A stretch of DNA of 64,000 nt from Sphyrna mokarran (Eukaryota). The stretch covers positions 64,976,001 to 65,040,000 of the forward strand of contig JAGIQG010000012.1 of NCBI GenBank assembly GCA_024679065.1, written 5' to 3'. The notes below the pieces were generated by a model. That model saw only the letters and a program-made list of their open reading frames with translations, was not told the DNA's origin and did no database searches. A program made the position numbers and the translations under genes. How positions within the stretch are numbered: position 1 is the first letter of the stretch; each line of letters opens with the position of its first letter. This document shows positions 50,951 through 64,000 of this stretch, one piece after another.

Positions 50951-53559
50951 TGAGTTGACATAATCATATATTTGATTTAACCATTAATTGGTGTGACCAT
51001 ACATCCCCACCCCTCACGTCCCAGCCCCCACCCCTACCCCTCTCAACCGCCACCTCCCCCGCCACAAACCGTTCCAAAACTCAAAAATGGCCAGGACCTT
51101 TTGTCACGTCAGAAACTAGAAATAAACATATTTAGTTCGAATGGAGCACGTATTTCACAATTTCTGATCACAAGCCTTAAGCCACTTTTTTTTTCATCCT
51201 GTTTCCTTTCCTGGTATTTATTATAACCGATATCTTCCTTGTAATTAAGGACCAGTGACTTCATTATTGCAAATATTTCTTTGCCACTGCAATGGACACC
51301 ACCTTTAGCAAGTGTATCATTGTAGCTTTCTTGATGGGGTGGAGGGAGAGGGGGAAGTTTCTTGGTAAACTGAACTTCGGCCCGGCTTCCACTATACAAG
51401 GAAAGGATCTTTCTGAATCATACTGAATCAGTTAGTTGTTGCCATTATTGGCACATGAGCAGATCGATGTCATAATGCTTTATTGTTATGGTTACAACTA
51501 TTGTATAGTTACACATGCCATTTAAGAATCAAAAGTCTGGGTGACAGCATAGAATTAAAAACATAACAACAGCGTTTTCCACTTCTTTCTCGATGCGCTG
51601 GCTGGGTTACTTTCTTAGAAGGGTAGCGGGACACATCTTCTGCATAAAGGCGGACGGAAAGACTGGTTAATTTTACACAAAAGTGTAGACGATCTTTCGG
51701 GGAGAACTAGTTTCAGGAGCTTCCCTCATTGACTGCCATTCATTTGAACTTAGGTGCTAATTCAACTAGTCCTCCAGCTATTCCCCTATGGGGGGAGGGT
51801 GGGCGGGCGGGGGGGATGTTCTTTAAAATCTATCGTAAATAATACTTGCATGCAGTTGGAAAAGAGAAAGGTCTGTAAAGTGTGTCGGATTTTGAGGGGG
51901 AAAAATAGCCTCGCTTCTCATTGTTCTTCATGTCAATTGAAAGTGTGTTTTTCTTCAACACAATAGATTATTGAAACCACATGTTTCACTTACCGTAGTT
52001 GCCAAGTATTAATATGATGAATTATGACAAGCCTCGAGCTAATTATATTCTATTTTATACACCAACAGTATCTCAGCATCAACGTACCACTGCATCCCTT
52101 GTGCACATTGTTGCTTCTATCCCGATGTGGTAAAAGCTCGGAGGGTAAACTGTTGATTCGTTCAACCATCACCCAAAGGGCTGTAGGAAGGAGGCAAACT
52201 ATATCTGTCACGCTGCAAATCTAATTTAACCTCAAATTATACGCCCGTGCTATCTGGCCAAACGTGATGGTAGATGGTGAATTGCAATCAACTCAATAAA
52301 CCGTCGCCCTTTTAGTTGCAGAACAGCCGGAGTGACTTCCAATAGCGGTATATAAACTTATGTCAAAAATATGTTGATGCTTTTTATGGGATAAGTATTG
52401 GGATTGGGAAGGAATGCGCAGTTTTTCACCCAGAGTTCGATGTGACTCACAGGTGTATTGTTTTGTTTATTCAGAGAGCACACTCTGTCAACACGCTGAA
52501 GAAGGAAAATGCTTTTCAAATCAAATAGAAACTACAGATGGCAGTGAAGCCATGTTTAGTAATCGCCAACTTTAACGCTACTGCTTGATAAAGCTGATAC
52601 TGCATCCCACTCTCCACTCAGCTCTGATGAGTTTCCATCGCCTTCACACCAGCATAGACAATGGATTTGAAACATGAAGTACCAGGATGATCAACAAGTT
52701 TGAGTGTGTGCAGCTTTAGCGCTACTGTGAATATTTGCTGAAAGCACAGCATTCTCGGTTACCTAATAACATATGATGGTTGTTATATGCGAGCTTGGTG
52801 CCAAGTACCTGTCGGACATGCTAAGTGTTGCGAGTTACTACAAGTTTGAAGTTTCAGTCTGTTACATTAGGGTCAGAAAACATGCTTCGGCTAATTATTG
52901 GAGCAAAGTAGCAGAATTTAGGAACCCCTTTACCCGTTCTCAGCTCTCCAAAGAAATTGAATGTTAGCAACCCCTGTTGTTCATTTGTTTAACGTCTGCC
53001 ACTTAGGATTGCAATAATTAAAGATCATTTTTTTCTGTTCACCTGTACAAACCTAAAGCTTCCTGCCTGCGGTAGGTCCATGCATTTGCCATGCATTTTC
53101 TGTTAACCCATTTGGAGATATATTGAAATTTGTGTCACGCGGATAAATTAGCATAATGAAGATGAGGCGGATAATCAATTTTCAGCTCAAATGGTGGAAA
53201 GTCTGAACAGGTTCGTTTGTGGAAAAGTCCTGTGTGTTTCTGCGGCACTGGATGCGCTTCACCAGCTGCTATTTGAATAAATCGGTTTTGCTCGTGTTTA
53301 CAAATTTATACATACAATTTATCCACTTATCCGGCTTGCTATCTCTCTAACTTTCAACTATGTAAACACAAATGACCTGTTACATGTTAGCATAGGCTCC
53401 AAACAATATTATAATAAAGCGTGTTTAATAATCATTATCAAGATACACTGTTCCTTGTAACAGTATGCCAAAGCATATAAAAAGCAGAGCTGATGTTTAT
53501 ATTCTTGTTCTGTCTATTTCACTTCGTGTCTTTCTGTTGCTTTTCTCTCATCTGCACAT

Positions 53560-54200
53560 CTGTTTTTCTTTTGAAAGCATCTAAGCAATGTGCCTCAACC
53601 ATTTCGTGCGGTAGTGTATTTCATTCTAACCCTCACTGAGTCAAGGGTTTCTCTTTATTTTCCTACTGGATTATAGGAGTACCTATCGTGTATTTGACAC
53701 TCCTAGTTTTCGATTGTCCATTATTAGAAATATTCTCTTCGCATCTATCCTCTCCACCCCATGCATAATTTAGACTCCCTCACCTGTACGACTTTATATT
53801 AAAAAAAAACTCTTGACCCATTCAATCTTTTCCAATTGTTGCAATCTCAGAGTTATTGCAACATCCTTGTCAATCTTTTCTGCGCTTTATCCAATGCTTC
53901 TGTCATTTTTATGCCGCGGAGATCAGACCTGTACTCAATACCCTAAGTGCGCACTGCGCAGGGTTCTAGACAAGTTTAATTTTGAATGATCTTCCTCTAG
54001 AAATAAGTATCAGTGATCTGTTAGCAGTTGTTATTCCTTGCTTACACCCAATGTTACTTTTTAATTATTTTATTCCCAGATCCTGTTACTGTGCTACCTC
54101 TCATGTATTTTCTTATGTTCTAAGGTGGAGGTGATAAGACCTGACAAAGTACACCACCTCACATCTATTGTTAAAGATCATTTGGCAAATCTGACAATAG
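53560..54200 (-). mobile_element. Old, decayed CR1 LINE fragment
   Basis: Reverse-strand remnants such as CAACATCCTTGTCAATCTTTTCTGCGC...CCTGTACTCAATACCCTAAGTG match the CR1 ORF2 C-terminal region. Confidence 0.65.
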
Positions 54201-54759
54201 GTTGCATTCTTTCCAGCTGCTAGAGTGCGCTTCCCTTCCCCCACCCACAATACCCCCCGTCACCATCTCTCCCCAGTGGGTTAGCAGTGAAGGCAAATAT
54301 GAATTCGATGACATTATTTGGAAATCCCAGATTCGCCCACAAATTATCCACTTTGCTATTTAATAAGCCATGTAACCCAATCGGGCCTTCCAGACATGAA
54401 AAACATAACGCACTTGTGTTAGTATGTGTGCGTTAATAAGGATTGTCCATTCTTTTGCATCACCGACCTCATTACTCAATACTGCAATCCGTTCACTTAC
54501 AGGCATGTGAGCAAGTGTGAGTTTGGGAATAGTTAATGTGTGTCCAACCGACGGTTTGTGAGGGGCCTGTGTGTGTCATTGAGTAAATGAGTGGGTTGTG
54601 AACCTATGCGTAAGTGGGAATCTGTGCGTACGACCAGTTGCAATGGGAAGCACGTGGTGCCCAGAGACCCATTTTGGCTTTTGGTATTGCATTTTGATCC
54701 ACCGCTGGCCTTACTGCTGTTCTATACGTTGTTCTATACCTTACTGTTGTTCTGTACGT

Positions 54760-57060
54760 AATTTGGTCCTGTATTTAATATTTTGGCATTGCACTTTACA
54801 TTTTGGTATTGCATTTGATAGTTTGCTGTTGTGGTTGACGTTTTGGTATTTGGTATTTTGGTCTTATATTGGGAATTTTGATATTATACTCGGTATTTTG
54901 GTATTGTATTGGGTATTTTGATATTGTATTTGATATCTGGAGATTATATTTGATATTTTGGAATTGTATTTGAAATCTTGGGACTGAATTCGGCATTTTA
55001 GTATTGTACTTATTATTTTGGTATTGCATTTGATACTTGGATATTATGTTTGATATATTGGTGCTTTGGTATTATATTTGGCATTTTGGTATTGTATTTG
55101 ATATTTTGGAGTTGTATTTGGTATTTTGGCATCTTGGTATTGCATGTGTTATTTTGGCATTGGGTTTGGTACTTTGATATTTTGATATTGTATTTGGGAT
55201 TAAATTTCATATTTTGGTATGGTATTTTAGTATTCTATTTTAATATTTTGGCATTGGTATTGTGTTGGACCTTTTGGCATCTTGGCATTGATATTGTGTT
55301 GGACATTTTAATATTTCTGCATTGTCCTTTGTATTTTGGCATTTAACATTGTATATAATATTTTGACATTGTGTTTGGCATTTTGGTATTATATCTGGTA
55401 GTTTGGTATGTTATTTTGTATTTGGCACATTGATAATTTATTTGGTATTCTGGTATTGTATTTGGTATTTTGCTGGTGTATTTGGTATTTTGACATTGTG
55501 TTTGGTGTGTGATTTTCTAGCGTTGTGTTTGGCATTTTGGTATTGTATTTGCTATTTTGGTAGATTGTATTATAGCTGGTATTTTGGTGTTTGGAATTAT
55601 ATTTGGCATTTTGGTTTTGTATTTGGTATTTTAGTATTTTACTGGTATGTTGGCATTATCTTTGAAATTTGGATCTATATTTCGTTTTTGCTCTAATATT
55701 TAGTACTTTGGTACTGTATTTGATACTTTGGCATTATATTCAGTATTTTGGTTTTGGTTTTGTACTTGATATTTTGACATTGTATTTGGTACTTTGTTAT
55801 ATATTTTTGGCATTTGGTATCATTTTGGAATTTTGATATTGTGTTTGGTTTTGTTTTGGGCATTTTGGTACTGTATTTGGTATTTTATTTGGCACTTTGA
55901 CATTGCGGTATTTTGGTATTGCATTTTTTAAATTGTATTTGGATTTTTGGCTTTGCATTTGGTATTTTGTTATTATATTTCTCATTAAAGTTTGTAATTA
56001 GTATGTTAGCATCATAATAGGTATTTTGGCAATGAATTGGTGTTTTGGTATTGCACTTGCATTTAGGTGTTGCATTTATTAGTTTGGAATTTTGGTATGA
56101 TACTTGGCACTATAACATTGCATTTTGTATTTTGTTATTCCATTTGGTATTTTGGTACTTTTTATTTCCATGTTTACTTAGTATTTGATATTACATTTGG
56201 CATTTATGTAATGTATTTGGTATTTTGGCACTCTGGTAATATGTTTGATATTTTTAAATTGTACTTGGTTTTTTCAAATTGTATTTGGTATTTTCATATT
56301 TTATCTAGGATTGCATTTGGTATTTTAGTAATGTTAATATTTTGATATTGTACTTGTATTGCATTTGTTATTACATTTCGTATTACATTTGGTATTTTGG
56401 TATTATATTTGGTATTTTGGTATTGCATTTGGCATTTTTGCATTTAGTATTTTGTTGTATTTTGGTATTTGGGTGTTGCATTTGGGTATTTTGTATTATA
56501 TTTTGTATTTTGGTATTGTATTTTGCATTTTGGTATTTGGTATATTTGGTACTTTTTTGGGGTATATTAGTATTGTGTTTAGTACATTGGTATTTGCTAA
56601 TTTGGCATTGTATTTGTTATTTTCTATTGTATTTGCTATTCTGTTATTTTGTTACTAAGTTATTGTATTTGATGTTTTGACATTTTGGTACTGTACTTGT
56701 TGTTTTGATATCCGGTATTTTTATAGTGTATTTGTTTTGGGAGTATTTTGGCCCTGTGGTATTTTGGTATTATGTTTGTTATTTTGGCATTGGATTTGGT
56801 AAAGTATTTCGTATTTTACTATTTTGTATTGTAGTTGACATTTTGGCATTTTGGTCATGTACTTTGTGCTGTATTTGGCATTTTGATGTTGTGTTGATAT
56901 TTTGGCATCGTTTCTGGCATTCTGGGAATGGATTTGGTGGTTTGATATTTTAGTCTTATTTTGACACTGAAATTTTGGTATTATGTTTGGGTTTTTTGCA
57001 TTGGGCATTTTATTATTATAGTTAGTATTTTGGTTTTGTATTTGGTGTTTTGTTTTGCCC
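54760..57060. repeat. Degenerate ~20-bp T/G-rich minisatellite (approx. GGTATTTTGGTATTGTATTT)
   Basis: Recurrent TTTTGGTATTG(T/C)ATTTGG over ~2.3 kb; it gives the W/Y/F/C/I-rich junk ORFs. Confidence 0.92.
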
Positions 57061-57429
57061 TTAGGTATCCTTACTGCTGTTGTATACGTTGATCCCAAAT
57101 TCCTGAAGGGTTGTTTCTTGTTCACGCACTTTGTGAGAAAACATTGATCCTGTGGTAAAATTTTCTGATGTTTGTATTGTCCTGTTATTCATGCATCATT
57201 CTCAGTAATAGCACGTTATTCAGTACTCATCTTGTTTTAGAAAACAAAATTATGCATTTTAATGAGATACGAAATTTCTAAATTTCAAACGCAGTGAGCC
57301 CTTTTCACATTCTTGTATTGAAGTAACCACCAAACTTCCCAAAATGAAGTCTATCTGAGCCATAGACATTGATGCAATGTGAGAAATTCTCACGATAATG
57401 CGATAAAGACTAGATAACACTATAGCGCT

Positions 57430-57550
57430 CCCTCAACCCTGCAGCATTCCCTTAACGCTGCACTGAGAGATCAGCCTTGATATCGTAATGGAGTATCATC
57501 TGAACCCACATCCTCTGATTGAAGGGAAAAGATGGTACCAAAGGAACCAT
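57430..57550 (-). mobile_element. Decayed DeuSINE (SacSINE1-like) head fragment
   Basis: GCAGCATTCCCTTAACGCTGCACTGAGAGATCAGCCTTGAT...GGAGT...TGAACCCACATCCTCTGA resembles the reverse complement of that family's tRNA-derived head. Recognised from memory, not aligned. Confidence 0.5.
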
Positions 57551-58819
57551 GTTTAACTACTGAATGTAGAATCATATTTAAAAAGCTAACGTTGAGTATG
57601 GCAAATAAGTCCAGGCTATTTGACGTTGAGTGCATGATTGTGCAACCGGCCTTCGAACACGAGTTGTTCTAATTGTAGTGGCACACAGACATGTAAGACT
57701 TTCCAAGTCTAGTTAGTTCTAAAGGAATTACGAATGCCTCCGTAGATGTTTAAATTGTAAAGTAGCTTTATATATTTGTTGTTATATCCCACCAGACCAG
57801 TCAGTTTAATTCCAACATTAATTCACAAACAGACAATCTTTCAATACATTTATCAATAAATGAAAAGAAGAGTTTCACATATTTAAACGTGGCACCATCT
57901 GTTGATTGTCATTCAAAGTTGGCAAAACATGTACAAGACGCTAACTATGGCAAGGCAGGAAGGTTACCGCAGATTTGCCTGTGAGTCCAATGGTAATTCT
58001 GTCAGTGATGCACAAAATGGTTTTTGGAGCACATTGGTAGGCAGGTATACAAGATAGATAGGGAGATAGCTGTTTAACTATGTTTTCCGATACTTCATAG
58101 TTATGCTATCTTGTCTTCTGCAGCGGCTGAGGAAGTAATGTCTGGATAGCTTTTCAGTTTGATTAAATTGCCAGAAGGAAATATCATCTCTTCAGATACG
58201 TCTACAGCTAGGACCCAAAACAATCACAATCTTTATACTGGCGCATAGCACGTATAGAAACGGAGCAACCACAATGCATTTACCACATTCTTTCCTAGTT
58301 AATTCGGATGCGGGGTGTGGGGTTGAGAGGCGGGGTAGGATGGGAGGGTCTCCATGAGGATGATAGGATTGGGGCAGGTGCTGAAGAGTTGTGCTTCAAC
58401 TTTCTGTTCTCATTGTTAATCCAAGACGCGTTGTATTAGGAACGCAGGTTTATTGTGGCATTTATTCCGAAGACTTGCACTTCTTCAATCGAGATTTGCT
58501 TCTCCTTGTACAACAAGAGTCACTGCAGAAGATAGACGGCGTTTCCTTCTCTTCACTGTGAAGGAGACTGCCTGATATGAAGTAACACGCATACATAAAC
58601 AGTCCATGTTACATTATTGTGCGAATCAACCCAAATCCAGCAACTCGGCTCAAAATGAAACGTTTCACTGATTCGGATTATTTCTTTTGACTTAACAATA
58701 TTTATTGAATGAATAGAGATTGCAATCCCATACGACTTTGTGACGTTTCACAAAAACCTGTTGGAGTTCGTTAATCGTATGTCACATGCAAAAAAAAACT
58801 TCACGTCCATACGTAGCGC

Positions 58820-59500
58820 AGGAACATGCTCATACAGTGCACAAAAACATAGCACTCTTGAAGCACAGTGATAAAGCCGATAAGGATGGACTGCAATATA
58901 TAATATGCTATTGTAATACTCAAATGCACAGGCAGCACAGAAACTTCTAAAACACATACTATGCAGAACGATAACACACATCCACAAATAAAGCATGCAC
59001 AGTGGCAAGAAGGATAATGCAAGTCCAAACAAAACATGCAATCTAAATATATATTCAGTAACAGATACACACATCAAAACAGAAACAGCAAACTATCAAC
59101 CACAAATATGTACAATCATAATGCAGAAACGTAATACACTCACAACTCAAGCACATACAAAGGCAACATATCTCTCCAAAAGAGAAGAAACATAATGCAT
59201 GAATCTATACTGAGAGACACAGAACGCTCAAACAACACAGCTAAACCCAATAAAAAAATCAATAACATGTAGGCGGACACACATATGATGGACTGAGTGG
59301 TCTTTTTCCATGCTGTACGATTCTGATTAACAATACAAGGTGCACAAATGCAACACGCAAACTCATACAACCAAGTAAAAAAAAGCGTATGCAAATAGAC
59401 GCAATATACAGGCGCAATAAGCAACTCGAAGACACACATTGACATAACACTTCAACACAAGTTGAACACTGGAATACATAGCAGTACGCATAGACACTAA
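58820..59500. repeat. A/C-rich low-complexity tract
   Basis: Strong A+C skew; decayed CA-type repeats. Confidence 0.6.
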
Positions 59501-59539
59501 ATACAAATTGGAAGGGAAATATTTATCGAACTTTTGCTG

Positions 59540-59730
59540 TAGATGATTGGTGGATCATTCCTTACCAAAAACAATACTGGAAACAGAATCCATAACAGCT
59601 TTGTCAAGAGAATTGGATATATATTTGGAAAGGAAAAGTGGGAATCGATAAAGGGAATTTATAAAGTAATGGGACGAAATGGTTAGCTGTTTCGGAGGAA
59701 GGGCCGAATGATCTCCGCCTGTTCTTAAAA
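59540..59730 (+). mobile_element. Decayed CR1 3' fragment
   Basis: TCAAGAGAATTGGATATATATTTGGAAAGG...GAAGGGCCGAATGATCTCC tail pattern. Confidence 0.6.
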
Positions 59731-61414
59731 TTCAGATGAGACTAACATATTGGATACGTGATTACAAAAAATACAAAACAACGCAAATACAGAACCCACA
59801 TACAACAAACATGTGCAAGACAAAAGATGCATATGGAACGCAGAACCAGGATATACAAACATACGTGTATCAAATATGAGGAAAGCCACGCAAAACACAA
59901 CAATTTTTCACAGAAAATGTGATACGAATATCATAATGAGCCACTGCCACGGTGGATACAATTGGTCGGAGAAACATAATACATAGCCATAAGCACACAT
60001 TATGTGAATAAAACAATCATAACTCTTAACTGACTGACTGCGTCTCGTTAAACTGTTATCACTTTTTGAGTCAACGAACCGTTAGTAATAAGATTTGTTA
60101 GTGTTCCTAACAAGCTACTCTATCTTGAATGCTGATCTCGAAACAGTCGCGAATCTACTTACTGAATATGGTCCGAGAGCAATGCTCCTCTAAAAGTAAT
60201 TATGGGGAATATATTTTACTTCCGAATCTTTATCCTAAGGTCACTTTGGAAAGAATCGCACTCGCCGCGCCATTAATGGTGTGATAAAACCTACACAGGT
60301 ATTTGATAGCGTAGTTATAGTGGGCGATTTCTGTTACAGTGTGCCTCGCTATGGCGTGCCAGGAGCTCGCAGCTCTGAGTCTAATGGTCAAATATTGCGG
60401 AGAAGAAAACGAGCGACACTATCTGTTACAGCGGCAGAGAACCCACACTGGCTTCAAATCCAAACAAGAATCTGCACCTGAGACTAGTATCGCAGAAGTA
60501 TTCGAGGCATCAGATAGACACGACGAACGTCTTCCGAAGTTCGGCACAACTTTTCGCCCCTTCGCTCTTCTTCCTTAAAGCAATGGTGGCTGGGAAGGGA
60601 CGCGGAGTGGGGGATGGGATCAGGAGCCAACACTTGTGCACTAAGTAATGTCTTATTGATTTGCATGATATGGATCTTGTAATTTTCTGGTAGGGCTTCA
60701 TTAGTTGGACTAGTGGAATAGTTCATAAAACTCCCCGTCCAAGACATAACAATCGACTAAGATTTGTTAAGATTGATAATCTGGGACTGTTCAAAATGCT
60801 TAACCCTGATTGACTGGAGCGGCCTATTTACAAGTCCCAGACTTGCCTACTTGACTGTTGGAGGACAATATTACTCCCATTTGGTTGGGCACAACGAGAG
60901 ATTTGTCCTCAGTCCCCTGTAGAGGACGCTGTCCTTAGCGCAGGCATCCGGCTCCTCAGCCCCACACCGCTCCCCTCCTGCCAACCACTTCCTACCCTCC
61001 ACCCCCACCAACGCCCCCTCCCCCGCTCCTCCCCCCAACCTGAACACCTGTGCGCTGTGCCTCAGGCAGTACATGTTTGCCAGCCACTAGCCGGAATTTC
61101 TGCCAGTATAATTTGGGGCCAGCAATTATGATTAGTGCAAAAATAATGCTGGTTCCAAGCTAACTTCAACTTATCCAGTTGAGTTTCTTTTAGAAATCAC
61201 ACGCATTGAAAGGGTCACATTTTTGAACACAATGATGAGACATTGAAATGCCCAAAGCACGGCGCATGAATCGGCCGGGAGTTTGACCTTTTGCCCTAGG
61301 AGCCTTCAGCCATTGTCTAATGCAAGGTAGAAAGATGCAGGCCCAGTCAGATCATCTCCTTGTGCTTCACATAAAACCGTGATCACTTTAGTGAAGCCAC
61401 AGACATATCCTCAT

Positions 61415-62610
61415 GTCTAAATACGAATATATGAAATAGGCGGAGAAATTGGCCATTCGGCTCTTCCAGCCTGCTACATCATTCAAGAAGGTCATGGCTG
61501 TTCACTTTCCCATCAATCCCTATAACTTATGATTCCCTTGATCAACAATAATATATCCACTTCCGCCTTAAAAATATTCAATGACCTCGCCTCCACTGCT
61601 TTGTGAGGCAGAGTTCCAAATATTCACAATCTTCTGAGATAAAGAAATTTCCTTCATCTCTGCCCTAAAAGGACGTCCTCTAAGTTTAAAATGATTGCCC
61701 CCGGTTCTGGACTCAGCCACAAAAGGAAACATCTTTCCACGTTCACCTTCTCAAGACCGTTCAGAATCTTATTTACTTCAATCAAATCACCCTCACTCTT
61801 CCAAACCCCAGCGAAAACAAGCCCAGTCTGTACAACCTTTCCTCATAGGAGAACTTGCTCATTCCAGATCTCAATTTAATGAACCACTTGTGAATCACAT
61901 TACATGCATTTATTACTTTCCTTAGATAAGGGAACAAGGCTGCACACATCTGAGATGTGAGGTGGGGTTTTCAGGCCACGCTCTCCCTGAAACCGGAAAA
62001 TCCCATCCGAGATCAACGGACCTTTCCATGGTCTGCCCCTTGCCCGCTACAATTGCAATGGTGGATTGAATCGGAAAATTCACCTTGTGATCTCACAAAT
62101 GCCCAATATAACTGAAGCACAGCATTCTTACTTTTATGTACAATTCATTCCTAATGAAGGATAACATTCCGTTAACCTTCTTAATTACTTACTATTCCTG
62201 CATACTGACCTTTTGTGACTCATACATTAGAGTAATGTCCTGCTTGCCAAAATGAAGAACTTTACATTTCCCGATATTATACTTCACCTGCCAGGTTTTG
62301 TGCTCATCCACTCATCCCACCTCTATCTATCTGCAACGTCCTTATGCCCTCTTTCTTTCCTATCTATCTTTGTGTCATCTGCAAATTTGCTTACTGTGCC
62401 AAAGATCAAAGATTCCCCTCATCCAACTCAGACCTCTGTGGGTCTCCACTGGTCACATCCTACCAATCAGAAAAGGACCCATTTATGCATACTCTGTTTT
62501 GTGCCAGCCAATCAATCGTCTATCCAGGCTAATATGTTACCCCCTGCACCACGAATTTTAGTTTTCTCCAATAACCTTTGATGTGGTACTTTATCAAATG
62601 CCTTCTGAAA
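61415..62610 (-). mobile_element. CR1 LINE 3' portion (RT remnants plus 3' UTR)
   Basis: TGTGTCATCTGCAAATTTG (KFADDT on minus), ACTTTATCAAATGCCTTCTGAAA (FQKAFDKV), and the 3' tail GAAATAGGCGGAG...GGCCATTCGGCTC. Confidence 0.9.
61960..62085. mobile_element. Small MITE nested in CR1
   Basis: Imperfect terminal inverted repeats AGGTGGGGTTTTC / GAAAATTCACCT with TGTG(A) on both sides; CR1 sequence is continuous once the insert is removed. Confidence 0.6.
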
Positions 62611-63479
62611 ATAGACACGTGTAAACAATGAACAGCGTGAATATTATCAAATCTCTAACCTAAAGTGAAAGAAACTATTAGGTTCATGAATTAAACTCTT
62701 GGTAAGCGGCAGTGAAATGGACGCGGCATTATATTCGAATAACAGCATTAGCTGCCTATAAAGTTCTTCACACGCACTCGGGATTTAACGTTTTGGCATG
62801 GTATAAACTTGTGGTGGTAAAATGAAGATCAATTTAGGTAGCTAAGTGTTTCATGTTTTCTTTGTGATGATCTGTGTATGCTGGCCAATTAATTTAGAAA
62901 GTAATACATCAACTTGCATGCAAAATATTTAAGATTTTCTGGAATTTACGTTCAAGTTAAGCAGTTCACAACTGTTGGGTTGATGAAACTTGAAGCTACT
63001 ATTCAGGATGAAATCGAGTTATTGATCCAATCTCCCTGTACAAATGTTCAATTACTTTCTATCATTCAATATTTAAGTGATAACAGTTTTATTGTAAATG
63101 TATCATCCAAGGCATTTAACCACACCGGCTCATTCCTCTCAACATGCCTTATCTAGCAGTTTGACACATTTCAACTGGTTTGGATGACAACGCATTGTTC
63201 ATACAATCAACTTTATTTATTTCTCCATTTCTGACCGCCTATCTTTCATATGTATGGGATACACGGTGTTAGAGAGCATTCAAAACAATGCGAGGATTAC
63301 AAAAAAGAGCAATATTTCTCAAGTGTTCCCTTTAAATACCAATTACTTCAAAGTTTTATTTACTTTTCACACAACTTTAATGATGTTACATTTTTCATAA
63401 CCAGGCTGCGCGATAACAAATCTGCCATGTGTGTTACATAGTGAAACCCACCCTCCATCCTTAACCCTCCCACTCTCGC

Positions 63480-63665
63480 CCCACACACATACAACACACA
63501 CATATATATATACACATGCACAACACACCCACCACACACGCACCTATATAACACACATGTAACACACACATATGCAACACATACATTTACAATGCACACA
63601 TAGGTAACACACAAGCACAACACATACATTTGCAACACACATGTAACACACACAACACACACATA
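63480..63665. repeat. Imperfect (CA)n repeat
   Basis: Direct reading. Confidence 0.85.
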
Positions 63666-63670
63666 TCTTT

Positions 63671-64000
63671 TATAAGAAAGATGTGGAGGCATTGGAGAGG
63701 GTACAGAGGAGGTTTACCAGGATGTTGCCTGGTATGGAGGGCAGGTCCTATGAAGAGAGGTTGAAGGATTTGAGGTTGTTTTCGTTAGAAAGGAGGCGGC
63801 TAAGAGGGGATCTTATTGAAGCATATAAGATGATTAGAGGTTTAGATAGGGTGGACAGTGATAGCCTTTTTCCTAGGATGGAGAAAGCTAGCACGAGGGG
63901 ACACAGCTTTAAATTAAGGGGTATGAGTTATAGGACGGATATCAGAGGTAGGTTCTTTACTCAAAGAGTGATTAGGGAGTGGAATGCCCTGCCTGCAGCT
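63671..64000 (+). mobile_element. 5'-truncated CR1 LINE ORF2 C-terminus, frame open to the window end
   Basis: YKKDVEALERVQRRFTRMLPGMEGRSYEERLKDLRLFSLERRRLRGDLIEAYKMIRGLDRVD...TRGHSFKL...GRFFTQRVIREWNALPAA; 110 codons without a stop. Confidence 0.93.

Noticed and set aside
54598-57125. Hydrophobic W/Y/F/C/I-rich ORFs as membrane proteins
   Set aside because: Products of the T/G-rich 20-bp minisatellite.

Overview
Eukaryotic genomic DNA from a cartilaginous fish. A shark is inferred from the repeat repertoire: HE1-like/V-type tRNA SINEs, CR1 LINEs and Penelope-like elements. The only real protein-coding gene is a two-exon SIX3 homeobox gene on the minus strand (CDS 44956-44274 + 42473-42281, 291 aa). 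It sits in a ~20 kb CpG-retaining stretch almost free of transposons (~33100-53550) that holds its promoter and several candidate conserved enhancers. That domain is bracketed by two large minisatellites: a ~9.4 kb CA-rich array dominated by a 27-bp unit, and a ~2.3 kb 20-bp T/G-rich array flanked by direct repeats. The left part of the window is probably the SIX3-SIX2 intergenic region (inferred from synteny; SIX2 is not in the window). It contains CTCF-like motifs pointing towards SIX3, an orphan CpG-rich island, and Penelope-like elements carrying minimal hammerhead ribozyme motifs, one with an intact catalytic core. Almost all other ORFs in the supplied track are repeat or low-complexity artefacts. 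Repeat boundaries were judged by eye and are approximate.
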